From Blastocatellia bacterium (GTDB lineage: Bacteria; Acidobacteriota; Blastocatellia; Pyrinomonadales; Pyrinomonadaceae), in NCBI GenBank assembly GCA_034665305.1, contig JAXDFZ010000010.1:307567-371566 (forward strand): 64,000 nt of DNA, written 5' to 3'. How positions within the stretch are numbered: the stretch's first letter is position 1; each line of letters starts with the position of its first letter. A program made the translations under genes and the position numbers. This document shows positions 25,666 to 36,018 of this stretch, in pieces. Below the pieces are notes generated by a model that saw only the letters and a list, made by a program, of their open reading frames with translations, ran no database searches and was not told the DNA's origin.

Positions 25666-26217
25666 TTACTTCTCAAGGATATGGGCAATGTATTCATCGT
25701 AAGAGATGCGCTCACCCTCACCTATCTCAATAATCCTCATGCCGATCAGATAGCCGGCATTGGCTTCATCTTCATCAAGTCTTTCATACCGAACGGGCGC
25801 AACCTTTATCGGGATCGTTCGCTCCGGCAATTGCAGTTCCACCAGCAAAGCGCGACCTTCGCCAACCAGATGGTGGCCATCGATATGTATCGCCGGCACG
25901 ATGATCGCCAACCCGTCGCTGCTGACATCGCGCGTTTCGCCCAACAGCGCGGCATCCGGGCGCGCGCCGTTCAACTTCCTGGTTTTCTGAATCAACGATA
26001 CGGAGACCTTTAGGCGGGCGCGATGGCGATCCGTATGGCGGCGGTCACCAACGTACGCGCGCAATCGTGATGCTAACGATCGAAATAATTCCGGCATATG
26101 TTCGACGGCTGCTCGATTCGTTAATCGAGATCTAATTAGAAACTGAAGAGGGTTAGGGCAGTGGGGGAAGCGAAAACTCGCTACCAGCATTGTAGGTTGC
26201 GAGCCAAGAGGCTGCAA
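25666..26217 (-). CDS. PilZ domain protein (c-di-GMP receptor)
   Basis: RRHTDRHRARLKVSV...GETRDVSSDGLAIIV matches the PilZ RxxxR and D/NxSxxG motifs. The true start is possibly the internal Met at MPELF. Confidence 0.7.
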   Translation of the reverse strand: MQPLGSQPTMLVASFRFPHCPNPLQFLIRSRLTNRAAVEHMPELFRSLASRLRAYVGDRRHTDRHRARLKVSVSLIQKTRKLNGARPDAALLGETRDVSSDGLAIIVPAIHIDGHHLVGEGRALLVELQLPERTIPIKVAPVRYERLDEDEANAGYLIGMRIIEIGEGERISYDEYIAHILEK

Positions 26218-26257
26218 CTGAATTCTGAGCTGCCGTCTTAATTGCGGCCCGATCTCT

Positions 26258-27046
26258 TTATTTCAAGGGAAGGCCGCCGTTATCGGAGCTTTTGATGATG
26301 CCGGTCTGGTCAAGCGAAAAGGAGAGACGGCCTGATCGCCCATACTTTGCAGGCTCCGCGCCGGCAACGTAGCTCTTCGCATCCTTGGCGAGGTTAAGAT
26401 GAAAGTGATAACCGGTTGATTCCGTTCCTTCAATATCCTTCGGCATATACCCAATGCTGATCAGCGTCGGCAAATCCGCGAATAACCCGTTGTGGTCCTG
26501 GCTGTAGGCAAGCTGGACCACCAGAATCCGCCGCAGCAAAGCATCTACGTCCGTGTGATGAGTTTCGATGCGGGTTTCAAAGAAGAAGCGGCTGCCGGCC
26601 TTCTTGACGATCTCCAGATTGTCCTTGTCGCCGATAATCCATTGACCACTTACGAGCATCAATGGGATCGGAGCTGCCTCAAACTGGGTCGGATTATCGT
26701 CATTAGGCACCTTCATAAAAACCGTCGCGACGGCGCCGCTGATTTGTTCGCCGGTAATCTCAACCTTCTCCGGAATCTTGCCGGCGGCTTTTTCAAAGTC
26801 TGGCTGTAGCTCCGCAAAGTCATCCGGCTTCAAACCTTCTATCGCCGCCTTCCAGATGGAGAGAGCAAAAGCTTCGCGAATGCGCCGTTCGCGCATCGCG
26901 TTGTAAAACTCGCGCACCGTATCGGATGGCGAGCGTGGTGACGCGGTTTGGGTGAAAGCCACCCGCGACAGTCCTGGTGTGACAAGTAAGGCGATGAGCA
27001 CCCAGACAAATCGCCGGCGATTAACAAAAGACTCTTTAACGGACAT
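26258..27046 (-). CDS. Secreted hypothetical protein
   Basis: 262 aa with an N-terminal signal peptide (FVWVLIALLVTPGLSRVAFTQ). No recognisable domain. Confidence 0.5.
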   Translation of the reverse strand: MSVKESFVNRRRFVWVLIALLVTPGLSRVAFTQTASPRSPSDTVREFYNAMRERRIREAFALSIWKAAIEGLKPDDFAELQPDFEKAAGKIPEKVEITGEQISGAVATVFMKVPNDDNPTQFEAAPIPLMLVSGQWIIGDKDNLEIVKKAGSRFFFETRIETHHTDVDALLRRILVVQLAYSQDHNGLFADLPTLISIGYMPKDIEGTESTGYHFHLNLAKDAKSYVAGAEPAKYGRSGRLSFSLDQTGIIKSSDNGGLPLK

Positions 27047-27130
27047 TTAAAGATTTCCTTCGTTTAACTAAATTCGAGGCGCGCCCGGAATTGCAGCGCG
27101 CCTCAGTTTACTTCTTACTCGAGTTCACCG

Positions 27131-29731
27131 TCACTTTTTTGCGCGGGTCGTCATCAGGACGTCGCGCCCAACCAAATAAAGCAATCCGGTCAACAACACG
27201 AACGGAATCATTGACAACAGATTTGCGTAGTCGCCATTGAAAAACGGGTTCTTCGCTTTTGACCAAATGGTAATGGCGTCTGTGGTCGGCTTCAGCGCGC
27301 CGGCCATGAAAGCTATGACAATGCCGGCCAGTGCTCCGCCGGCGATGTAGCCTGAAGCGAGTAACACCCCAGGACTCTTGTCGCCCTCGGCAATCAATTG
27401 TTCTTCGCTGAGTTTCTTATCCTTGAACTTTCGTCGCAGGTAACGATCGACCAACCATCGCACCATGCCGCCGATAAAGATCGGACTCGACGAAGACAAA
27501 GGCAGATAAACTCCCACTGCGAAGGCCAGCGACGGAATGCCGCTCATCTCCAGGACAATCGCGATCATAACTCCCAGCAGTACCAGGCCCCACGGTAGCT
27601 TGTGACTCAGAACGCCTTTAATGATGTAGGACATCAACGTAGCCTTGGGCGCGCTGAATTTATCGATCTTGGTTTCGTCGGGCAGATATTTGTGGCTGCC
27701 ATTGATGCCGGGGTCAACCAGGTAATGAGGGACACCCTGATCATCGACCAGATAACGTTCGGCATCGTGTTCACCGGTAGGATCGGTTTTGATCCAGGTA
27801 CGATAGGTGGCGGTGTCTTGCTTTCCCTGGGAACCAGTCAACGTTTCGGATCCGCCGAGTTGAGAAGTGTCAGCACGCAGATCTTTCGGGAAGTTATGAC
27901 GCACTTTGCGGACGACTTTGCCTGACGAATCCACCAGGTACTCGCCGTCCCCCAGGTCGCTAAGGGTCGCCTCTTCTTTCTCCAAGGTCGCGCGATTGTC
28001 CTTCTTGGAAATCTTCAGCACGCGATAGTCGCCCTGAGTTTTCGGTTTTTCCGGTTCGGCGTAGCTCGGCAAACCAGCCACCAGACCGGGAGGCAACTGT
28101 ATAGTCGTGTCGTTGCCGTCCTTGTCGACGATCGGTTCAAACGTTGTGGGCGGAGCATAGACGGTTCCCGCCTGGTTCAACTTCAACAGAATCGGTCCCA
28201 GGACCAGGGCCGACGCAAGTGCGCCCGCCAGAATGGCAATCTGTTGATACCTGGGAGTCGAGCCAACCAGGAACCCAGTTTTTAAATCCTGCGAAGTGGT
28301 GCCGCCATTTGATGCGGCGATACAAACAATCGCGCCGACGGATAGCGCCGTCACGTAGTAAAGCGGCGAGGTCCACCCGACCAGCAAAAAGATCAAACAG
28401 GTTAGCAGGAGCGTCGCGACCGTCATTCCGGAAATAGGATTCGACGACGACCCGATTTCACCCGTCAATCGCGATGACACCGTCACGAATATGAAACCGA
28501 AAACGACGATCAAGATCGCGCCCAACAAATTCATATGCAGCGTGCGGAACGCGACAATCGCAATCACTAACGCGACAATTCCGCCGATGACCCATTTCAT
28601 CGAAAGGTCCTGATCGGTGCGCGGCACTCTGCCGGCAGCGGCTTTGGAGCTGCGCAGATCCTGAAGTCCGCCCTTCAACCCATGCCAGATCGTTGGCAAA
28701 CTTCTGCCCAAACTTATGATGCCGCCTGCCGCTACTGCTCCCGCGCCGATGTACAGCACGTAAGCGTTGCGGATGTCGTCAGGCGCCATGCCACTGATCA
28801 AGTCATCGCCGCGGACCGGCGCCAATGGTTCAGCCAAACCCGAGCCGAAGAATTTGATCATCGGGATCAGCACCAGGTAGGACAGCACACCGCCGGCGCA
28901 CATGATCGAAGCGATGCGTGGGCCAATGATGTAACCGACTCCCAACAACGTCGGCGAAATTTCAGCCGAGACAGAACCGGCCTCGAAGGGTTTGCCAAAG
29001 ATTTTTTCGGGAACGTCTTTCCACGCTTTGAACGCGGCCATCGCGAGCTGATAGAGGAAGCCGATACCAAAGCCGGCGAAAATGGTTTTGGCGCCGATGG
29101 CCGCTCCGCCCATTCTCTCCAACTCCGCCTTGGCCTCCGGTGAAGCATTCTCTTTAGATTCTTCTGAGGCGCCGGCCTTCAAAACTTCAGCGCAGGCAGT
29201 GCCTTCGGGATACTTCAAATAACCGTGTTGGGCAACGATAAGCGCGCGGCGCAAGGGAATCATCATTAGAATTCCCAGCAGGCCGCCCAATACCGCCACC
29301 AGCATCACGCGCACGATTTCGAGATCGAACCCCAGGATCATGATCGCCGGCATCGTCACACCCAAACCAAAAGCGATCGACTCGCCGGCAGAACCAGCCG
29401 TCTGCACAATGTTGTTTTCGAGAATGTTGGCATTGCGCAAGCCAAATTTCGAAAACAGGCGAAACAGGGTGATCGAAATAACGGCGACAGGAATTGAAGC
29501 ACTAACCGTCAACCCAACTTTCAGCACGAGGTAGAGCGATGACGCGCCAAAAACGATTCCCAGGAACGTGCCCATGATGAGAGGGAGAATCGTGAGCTCA
29601 GGCAGGTTGACCCGGGCCGGAATGTAAGGAGTAAAATTCGTCAGAAACGGATTATCCGGACTAAAGCCGATGCGATCGGGATACTCCTGTGCGGCTGCAG
29701 CCTCGTTAGGGTCGATGCTTCCAGAAGACAT
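27131..29731 (-). CDS. OPT family oligopeptide transporter with a large extracytoplasmic insertion
   Basis: 866 aa. OPT-like N-terminus ([47 protein letters not shown]). A hydrophilic insert of about 190 aa sits between transmembrane blocks. Confidence 0.75.
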   Translation of the reverse strand: MSSGSIDPNEAAAAQEYPDRIGFSPDNPFLTNFTPYIPARVNLPELTILPLIMGTFLGIVFGASSLYLVLKVGLTVSASIPVAVISITLFRLFSKFGLRNANILENNIVQTAGSAGESIAFGLGVTMPAIMILGFDLEIVRVMLVAVLGGLLGILMMIPLRRALIVAQHGYLKYPEGTACAEVLKAGASEESKENASPEAKAELERMGGAAIGAKTIFAGFGIGFLYQLAMAAFKAWKDVPEKIFGKPFEAGSVSAEISPTLLGVGYIIGPRIASIMCAGGVLSYLVLIPMIKFFGSGLAEPLAPVRGDDLISGMAPDDIRNAYVLYIGAGAVAAGGIISLGRSLPTIWHGLKGGLQDLRSSKAAAGRVPRTDQDLSMKWVIGGIVALVIAIVAFRTLHMNLLGAILIVVFGFIFVTVSSRLTGEIGSSSNPISGMTVATLLLTCLIFLLVGWTSPLYYVTALSVGAIVCIAASNGGTTSQDLKTGFLVGSTPRYQQIAILAGALASALVLGPILLKLNQAGTVYAPPTTFEPIVDKDGNDTTIQLPPGLVAGLPSYAEPEKPKTQGDYRVLKISKKDNRATLEKEEATLSDLGDGEYLVDSSGKVVRKVRHNFPKDLRADTSQLGGSETLTGSQGKQDTATYRTWIKTDPTGEHDAERYLVDDQGVPHYLVDPGINGSHKYLPDETKIDKFSAPKATLMSYIIKGVLSHKLPWGLVLLGVMIAIVLEMSGIPSLAFAVGVYLPLSSSSPIFIGGMVRWLVDRYLRRKFKDKKLSEEQLIAEGDKSPGVLLASGYIAGGALAGIVIAFMAGALKPTTDAITIWSKAKNPFFNGDYANLLSMIPFVLLTGLLYLVGRDVLMTTRAKK

Positions 29732-30162
29732 CTTTGTAATGACCTCCGACTGAAGTTTGCTAGAACTTTAGAACTGGGAGAGCGCGGGGTTGATCGGGCT
29801 TACTTTACACGCGCCCATCGCGAGAGGGCAAGCACTTACTGCGGCAAGATGCTTACATCACTGTAGTTATCTTTGATCGTGCCAGCCAGCCATGCTGTGT
29901 AACAATCACTCGCGTTGTCGTTTAGCGGCGTTGGCTCAGCCATAGACTTGTGTACGCGGTTTCCTTCCGCTCGCCATTGCGGCACGCTAAGAAATTCCTT
30001 TGAGGGAAACTCAAAGGTGACACTGCGGGTTCAGGAGACACTTCCCTGGCGCCTCGTAAAAGGGCCGTATTTGGCTGGGATCAGCGCAATGGATTGTAGA
30101 ACTTTACACCCGGCTTCTTCGTATTAATAGATAGACAGCGATGATTTTTAGCCAGTTGGCGA

Positions 30163-30855
30163 ATGCGTCGCTGGGCCACAATGGTCACCCTTCTCATTAC
30201 TTCCGTTTTACTCCTGGGACTCTTCGCCATAGCCATATATTTTTGGCAGAAGCCCGCAGACCAGTCGCAACCTTTGGAATTGCCGCGACCGGCCCAAACC
30301 CGTGGTCTGTTCGAAGACGATTCCACGCACACCCAACTGGCAGCGCGCGCCGGAAACAGGGAAACACTGCGAAGCACCCTGTTGACGCGCGCGAGCGTCG
30401 GGGACAAGGACGCACTGTTGGAAGCGCGGGAGTTTGCGGATAATTCGTTTTACGACGAGGTGCTAAACACCCTGCTGTCGCAGACGAAAACGCCGGCGCA
30501 ACTGCTTTCGTTGGTGACCCACGTAACGCGGCATGAGCTGCGGATCAATGAAGCATTGGCGCGCGCGGTTGTCGATGACTGGCGCGGAACTTCCGATCGC
30601 AGCTCCACCGCAAGGATGCTGCACCTGTCTGCGCTCTCTGACGATCCGCAGGTCTATCAAAGGGCGGTCGACTCCGCGATGCAAGCCTGGCGCAGTGGCA
30701 GGTTGCGCGACCTTTCGGCGACTGAGTTGCAGGCTATACTGGATGGTGAATTCTGGGTACTATCTGCGCGCGCTCGAGGCTCCGGTGCAGGTTTTGTCTT
30801 GAAACGTACCCTCGCTTCTGCCCGGCGAGATTTGCAGGCGAGCAATGACGCTTGA
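30163..30855 (+). CDS. Hypothetical membrane-anchored, alpha-helical protein
   Basis: One N-terminal transmembrane helix (MVTLLITSVLLLGLFAIAIYFW), then an Ala/Leu/Arg-rich region. It lies directly upstream of the flotillin-like gene. Confidence 0.5.
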   Translation: MRRWATMVTLLITSVLLLGLFAIAIYFWQKPADQSQPLELPRPAQTRGLFEDDSTHTQLAARAGNRETLRSTLLTRASVGDKDALLEAREFADNSFYDEVLNTLLSQTKTPAQLLSLVTHVTRHELRINEALARAVVDDWRGTSDRSSTARMLHLSALSDDPQVYQRAVDSAMQAWRSGRLRDLSATELQAILDGEFWVLSARARGSGAGFVLKRTLASARRDLQASNDA

Positions 30856-30881
30856 CCGCTCTATATCTTTACCCTCGGTAA

Positions 30882-33101
30882 TTGAAAGAGGAATCTACTA
30901 TGCAAAACTTTGACTTTGTTTCACTTCTGCCTGTGCTTTTCGTGGCACTGATATTCCTGATCGTGCTGCTCGTGATCCTGAAGCGCATTTTCGTCAATGT
31001 CGGTGCTCGTGAAATCGCGATCAAAGAACGGCGCTATTTGGGATCGAAGATGCCGCCCGGACGAGTAGTGGCGACCGAAGGCGAAGTCGGAATTCAGGCG
31101 GATGTGCTGAAGCCGGGTTTACATCTGATCAAATATCCGTTTGAGCGTGTCGTGCGCAAGGTGCCGCTGATTGAAATCGGCGCCGACGAGCTTGGCGTGA
31201 TCGAAGCCATCGATGGCGAACCAATGCAGCCGGGTAGAATCTTTGCCCCGGACCGCGCGCAAAACGCGCACAATAATTTTCAGGATCCCATCGCCTTCAT
31301 CAAACAAGGGGGCGTCAAAGGCATTCAGCTCCGCACTCTGCCACCAGGACTGTGGCCGATTCATCCATACCTGTTCCGCGTTTCGGTGGCGCCGACAACT
31401 GTCATTCCGCAGGGAAAGGTCGGCGTGATCACGGCAGCCGACGGTTCGCCGCTCGATGCCGGACGTCTGCTGGGCAAGGCGGTCGAAGGCCACATCAGTT
31501 TTCAGAACGCAGAATTGTTTATTGGCGCCGGCGGTCAGCGCGGCCCGCAAGTCGACATTCTGACGCCAGGCACCTATCGCATCCTGACACAGTCACTGCC
31601 GATCGAAGGCGGCTCCGAATCAAAACCAGGATTGTTTTATATCCGGCTTTTCGATGCGACCATAATCAGCGAAAACCAAATCGGTTTGGTGGAAGCACTG
31701 GACGGCGCTCCGCTGAATCCCGGCGATTACGTGGCTGAGTCAATCGAAGGCCACGACAATTTCCAGGACGGCAAGGGATTCATCGACACCAGCGGACAAC
31801 GCGGACCGCAGAAAGATATCCTGCTGCCGGGCACCTACTACATCAACCCGCTCCTTTTCAAAGTCATTCCGGAGAGTGCGAAAGAAATCCGGCCGGGAGA
31901 GGTGGCCGTGATCGTTTCCAACACCGGCAAAGATCCGTCGGATGAAATTCGCAAACAGATGGCTGCGAAAGTCCGGGAAAGGATGGAACGCGAAGAACAG
32001 GAACAGGCCGAAGAGTCAGCCGCGCGCCTCGACAAGATCGACGATAATCGCACGGTCGACGAAATCAAGTTGGAGTTGATGACCGGCGACCCTGCCGACC
32101 GTCGTCTGGACGAAGGCGCGCACGAAGCTTACGTCGTGCCGGAAGGGTATCGTGGTATTCAGGAAACAGTAGTTGGCCCGGGCCGTTACTACGTCAACAC
32201 CCTGGCCATTACGCCGATCGTTATTCCTACGACCAACCAGACCGTTGAATGGACCGCCGGCGAAGTAGTCAATACGTTCAATCCGTTCGAGGTGATTTCA
32301 AAAGACGGTTTCACCATGCAGTTGGAAGTGCGCGTCGTTTTCCGAGTTAAACCCGAAGACGCGCCGTTCATGGTGGCCAAGATTGGCGGCATCGAGCGCT
32401 TGATTCAAAACGTGATGCACCCGCTAATCGATTCGATTTTTCGGAACCAGGCTTCAGAATCTTCGGCGATGGCGTATCTGCAGAACCGCCACGAAGAACA
32501 GGAACGGGCCGAAGCTCGCGTGCGCGCGCACCTGCTGAAATACCACGTGGACGTCGTCAACGTTCTGATCTGTCACATTCATCTGCCCGAAGAGTTGATG
32601 AAGACGCAGACTGAAAAAATTCTCGCGGAGCAGCGGCAAAGCATGTACAACGCGCAGCGCGAGGCGGAAGAAAAGCGCATTCAATTGGAAAGAACCAAAT
32701 CGCAGGCCGATAATCAAAGGGATTTAATGCAGGCCACGGTAGGCGTCGAGATCTCCGGCAAGCGCGCCGAACAGCGCAAAGCCGAGGGCGAAGGCGAAGC
32801 GCACTACATCCAGCAAACCGGCCGCGCTGAAGCTGAAACGGTCCAACTGATGGGCGAAGCGCAGGGCGTCGCATATCGCGAACAGGTCAACGCGCTCGGC
32901 GCCCAGGGCGTCGCGCTCGTCGAAGTCTTGAAAGTGATTGGCGAGAAGGGCGTGCGCATCACTCCGGATATTATGGCTTCGGGTGGCGGCGGCGCGGGCG
33001 GCGAAGGCGCCGGCGGGATCGGCACGCTTTTGCTGTTGAACTTATTTCGCAACCAGATGAATTTGCCGGCGCCCAACGGTGAGAAAGCACCCTCGAAGTA
33101 A
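30882..33101 (+). CDS. Flotillin/SPFH (band 7) family protein with a fourfold internal repeat
   Basis: N-terminal transmembrane helix. Four tandem units of about 95 aa share L-PG-Y-I-P-LF-V, GVI-A-DG-PL and EGH-NFQD. A glutamate/alanine-rich coiled coil is followed by a flotillin-type C-terminus (AEGEGEAHYIQQTGRAEAE...LVEVLKVIGEKGVRITPDI) and a glycine-rich tail. Confidence 0.6.
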   Translation: MKEESTMQNFDFVSLLPVLFVALIFLIVLLVILKRIFVNVGAREIAIKERRYLGSKMPPGRVVATEGEVGIQADVLKPGLHLIKYPFERVVRKVPLIEIGADELGVIEAIDGEPMQPGRIFAPDRAQNAHNNFQDPIAFIKQGGVKGIQLRTLPPGLWPIHPYLFRVSVAPTTVIPQGKVGVITAADGSPLDAGRLLGKAVEGHISFQNAELFIGAGGQRGPQVDILTPGTYRILTQSLPIEGGSESKPGLFYIRLFDATIISENQIGLVEALDGAPLNPGDYVAESIEGHDNFQDGKGFIDTSGQRGPQKDILLPGTYYINPLLFKVIPESAKEIRPGEVAVIVSNTGKDPSDEIRKQMAAKVRERMEREEQEQAEESAARLDKIDDNRTVDEIKLELMTGDPADRRLDEGAHEAYVVPEGYRGIQETVVGPGRYYVNTLAITPIVIPTTNQTVEWTAGEVVNTFNPFEVISKDGFTMQLEVRVVFRVKPEDAPFMVAKIGGIERLIQNVMHPLIDSIFRNQASESSAMAYLQNRHEEQERAEARVRAHLLKYHVDVVNVLICHIHLPEELMKTQTEKILAEQRQSMYNAQREAEEKRIQLERTKSQADNQRDLMQATVGVEISGKRAEQRKAEGEGEAHYIQQTGRAEAETVQLMGEAQGVAYREQVNALGAQGVALVEVLKVIGEKGVRITPDIMASGGGGAGGEGAGGIGTLLLLNLFRNQMNLPAPNGEKAPSK

Positions 33102-33125
33102 TTCGGGTTCAGGGCAAAACTTGTA

Positions 33126-33158
33126 GGGGCGGCACCCCGTGGCCGCCCCCTTTTTTTG
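33126..33158 (+). terminator. Rho-independent terminator of the flotillin-like gene
   Basis: GGGGCGGC-ACCCCGTG-GCCGCCCC followed by a run of 7 T. Confidence 0.7.
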
Positions 33159-33179
33159 CCCATGATTCAAGATTAGTGC

Positions 33180-33211
33180 AGACAAAGGGGGTGGCCACGG
33201 AGTGCCACCCC
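33180..33211 (-). terminator. Rho-independent terminator of ribF (a near-copy of the neighbouring hairpin)
   Basis: GGGGTGGC-CACGGAGT-GCCACCCC. On the minus strand it is followed by CTTTGTCT. Confidence 0.55.
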
Positions 33212-33237
33212 TACAAATCTGCGCGAACGGAGATTTG

Positions 33238-34191
33238 TTAAACCAGCGCCAGCGAATGATGCACACCGCTGGTTTCGAAGTAACGGTGGGCGCGGGTGAC
33301 GTCTCTTTCAATTTGGGTCCGCAGCTGGTCCACCGACGCAAATTTTTTCTCAGCGCGCAGGCGGTGCAGGAAACGGACCCGCACCACGTCGCCGTAAAGA
33401 TTTCCAGACCAGTTCATCACGTGCGTTTCCACCAGTCTGTTATTGCTATCTTCGAAAGTCGGCCGCGTACCGATGTTAGTGACACTGCGACGCCACTCGT
33501 TCTCGATCAGCGTTGCCGTCACATAAACACCATCAGCGGGAATCACACGGTTCTGCGGCGCCAGATTGGCCGTCGGGAAACCCAGTTGGTGTCCGCGTTC
33601 ATCGCCGCGCCCCACCTGCCCCTCGACGCCGTAGGGACGACCGAGCATGCGCCGCGCCAGGTTCACTTTTCCCGCCGCGAGCACTTGCCGTACGCGGCTC
33701 GAGCTGATTCGCTGGCCGCGTAAGCGCACTTCGGCAACTTCATTGGCGTGAAATCCGAGTTCGTTGCTAACGCGCTTCAGTAGTTCAATATTGCCTTCGC
33801 GATCGTGGCCGAAAGCAAAACCGCGGCCGAGATAAACTTCGCGGGCCTGCAGTCGCTCGCCGATTACCTCACGCAGAAACTCTTCGGCACGAATCCGTGC
33901 GAACTCTTCGGTAAAACGAATGATGATTGTTTGTTCGATACCCAGAATGCCGAGGGCCTCGATCTTTTGATCGAAAGTTTGTAGTAGCGGCGGCGCAGAT
34001 TCGGGATGCAGCACGGCGCGCGGATGCGGATCGAACGTGATCACGGTCGGCACGGCGCCGATGGCCCGCGCGCGTTCTGCCACCGTCTTCATGATCAACT
34101 GATGACCAAGATGCAGACCGTCAAAAACCCCGAGCGTTAAAACGGTCGGGCGCTGAATCTCGGCGTTGTCGGTTCCGTGGAAGAGGCGCAT
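33238..34191 (-). CDS. ribF: Bifunctional riboflavin kinase / FAD synthetase
   Basis: 317 aa. N-terminal FAD synthetase (LTLGVFDGLHLGHQ) and C-terminal riboflavin kinase domains. Confidence 0.9.
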   Translation of the reverse strand: MRLFHGTDNAEIQRPTVLTLGVFDGLHLGHQLIMKTVAERARAIGAVPTVITFDPHPRAVLHPESAPPLLQTFDQKIEALGILGIEQTIIIRFTEEFARIRAEEFLREVIGERLQAREVYLGRGFAFGHDREGNIELLKRVSNELGFHANEVAEVRLRGQRISSSRVRQVLAAGKVNLARRMLGRPYGVEGQVGRGDERGHQLGFPTANLAPQNRVIPADGVYVTATLIENEWRRSVTNIGTRPTFEDSNNRLVETHVMNWSGNLYGDVVRVRFLHRLRAEKKFASVDQLRTQIERDVTRAHRYFETSGVHHSLALV

Positions 34192-34230
34192 GGGTAATCA
34201 ATGGTTGGTTGACTGCTCGTCCGGCGCGAT

Positions 34231-34270
34231 CAATGGCGAATGAGAAATGAAAAATGACAAATGGAAAATC
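34231..34270. repeat. AT-rich AAATGA-type repeat, copy A
   Basis: CAATGGCGAATGAGAAATGAAAAATGACAAATGGAAAATC. It differs from the 39-bp copy B at 35139-35178 by about 5 substitutions and a one-base length difference. The base composition is locally anomalous. Confidence 0.7.
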
Positions 34271-34278
34271 GGCTGTTT

Positions 34279-35046
34279 CTAATCATCGCTCACACTCAAT
34301 CCGTCGTAGGCCCAGGTCACGCCCTCCGGCAGGCGAATGTAATCCCGCGCATATTTCACGTCATGCGCAATATGTGTAAAAAAAGTCCGTCGCGGCTTGA
34401 TCTTTTCAACATACTCGAGCGCCTTCTCCATCCACAGGTGCGTGGGATGCGGAGCGAAACGCAAACAATCAAGGACCAGCACGTCGAGGCCTTGCATTAG
34501 ATCAAGCGTGGTCTCAGAAATCTCGCTGAGATCAGTTGCATAGGCAAAATCGTTACAGCGATAGGCCATTACCGGGAGCCGGCCGTGGATTACTTCCAGC
34601 GGCATAATCTCTAGCTCAGGTGACAAACAAAATGCGGCGCCGGGAACAACGGTGTGCGGCACGATCTGCGGGAGGCCGCCGCCAAAGTGTGAAGGCTCAA
34701 ACACATATTTGAAGATCCTGCGAATGTCCACCCACGCCCGCTCGTTCGCGTACAAACCCATCGCGCCATGACGGAAGTTCAAAGGCCGTATGTCATCGAG
34801 GCCGAAGATGTGATCGGCGTGGCAATGCGTGATCAGGACCGCGTCCAGACGCTTCAGGCCGTGGCGCAAGGCTTGTTGCCGAAAATCCGACGACGTATCG
34901 ATGAGTACTGACTGGCCGGCGTGTTCGATGATCACTGAAACTCGTAAGCGCTTGTCCCGGGGATCGTCAGAAGTGCAGGTCTCGCACTCGCAACCGATGG
35001 AGGGAACGCCCGTCGAGGTCCCGGTGCCGAGGAAGGTCAGTTTCAT
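34279..35046 (-). CDS. MBL-fold metallo-hydrolase (PhnP-like)
   Basis: 255 aa with the HCHADH metallo-beta-lactamase motif and downstream His/Asp ligands. Confidence 0.8.
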   Translation of the reverse strand: MKLTFLGTGTSTGVPSIGCECETCTSDDPRDKRLRVSVIIEHAGQSVLIDTSSDFRQQALRHGLKRLDAVLITHCHADHIFGLDDIRPLNFRHGAMGLYANERAWVDIRRIFKYVFEPSHFGGGLPQIVPHTVVPGAAFCLSPELEIMPLEVIHGRLPVMAYRCNDFAYATDLSEISETTLDLMQGLDVLVLDCLRFAPHPTHLWMEKALEYVEKIKPRRTFFTHIAHDVKYARDYIRLPEGVTWAYDGLSVSDD

Positions 35047-35138
35047 TATTGTTGGACGTTATCGTTTGAGGTTTTCAAATCCATTTTCCATTTCTTATTT
35101 TCCATATGTCATCTTTCATTGAGATGGAAAGGACGCCT

Positions 35139-35178
35139 CAATGGCAAATGAGAAATGACAAATGAGAGATGGAAAATC
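35139..35178. repeat. AT-rich AAATGA-type repeat, copy B, with an adjacent partial inverted copy
   Basis: CAATGGCAAATGAGAAATGACAAATGAGAGATGGAAAATC. An imperfect inverted relative at about 35075-35125 can form a long imperfect hairpin. Confidence 0.7.
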
Positions 35179-35214
35179 CGTCCGTCCCAAGCGGACTAAT
35201 CTTATTTCCGACCA

Positions 35215-35817
35215 CTAACGACCGCCAATGATGTCCCGGCCGGTAAACTTCTGCTGGGCCGGGCCGCTGGTCAGCGAAACGTACTGCATTTGCAAATCCG
35301 CCAGAATGCTTTCGAATACCTGATCTTCCTTGGGATCGAGATTGTTCCGCGTTCGTTCCCGCAACATTCGCAGCACGTCGATCCAATGCTTCGCCAGTTG
35401 CAGGTCGACGCCGCTTTCTCCCGTGCCCGGATGAGGCATCATTCCCAGGGCCGCAGCCGCGTTGGTGGCCAGCGACATCAGAAAGTTTATGAAACTGGCA
35501 GGATCACCTGCGCCCGGCAGTTCAGCGTCCTCTCCAAGTTCTTCGGCAGGACCCGCGTCGAGATCCTGATTCGTGTCCGGTGATTGTGTGGCCTGACTGT
35601 TGGCAGTATCCGGTGTAGCCGCGCCGCTGCTCTCCGGCGGGGCAGCCGGTTGTGGTGTTTCCGTCGCCGGCTCTGCAGTTGCGCTGGTTGTTTCTTTCGC
35701 CGGCTCGGCGCTGGGTTCGATGTCGCGCGGCGAACCATCGGCGTTGAATAGCCGGCGGTCCGTTACTTTGAAACCTGATTGTTCCTCGGGCATATCTCTC
35801 ACTTTCGACGGCCACAC
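35215..35817 (-). CDS. DUF1844 domain-containing protein
   Basis: The C-terminal region FINFLMSLATNAAAALG...GESGVDLQLAKHWIDVLRMLRERTRNNL matches the DUF1844 pattern. A low-complexity, proline/glutamate/threonine-rich linker precedes it. Confidence 0.6.
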   Translation of the reverse strand: MWPSKVRDMPEEQSGFKVTDRRLFNADGSPRDIEPSAEPAKETTSATAEPATETPQPAAPPESSGAATPDTANSQATQSPDTNQDLDAGPAEELGEDAELPGAGDPASFINFLMSLATNAAAALGMMPHPGTGESGVDLQLAKHWIDVLRMLRERTRNNLDPKEDQVFESILADLQMQYVSLTSGPAQQKFTGRDIIGGR

Positions 35818-35925
35818 ATACCTTCTCTAATCGCAAGGATGATCCACCGTCTTCTGGAATTAATGGATGGCCGCGATGTTAGCATCCGGCTCAGCACAGT
35901 CGCAACGCGCAGTCAGAACCGCCAG

Positions 35926-36018
35926 CCGATTGCGGATTGCAGATTTTGGATTGCGGAATAAGCGACGACTCGCCATTTCTTTTCCAATCCGCATTCTGCA
36001 CGCCGCAATCTGCAATCG
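35926..36018. repeat. MITE-like repeat family B, copy 2 (upstream of mazG)
   Basis: GATTGCGGATTGCAGATTTTGGATTGCGG...AATCCGCATTCTGCACGCCGCAATCTGCAATC. The termini are inverted. Confidence 0.75.
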
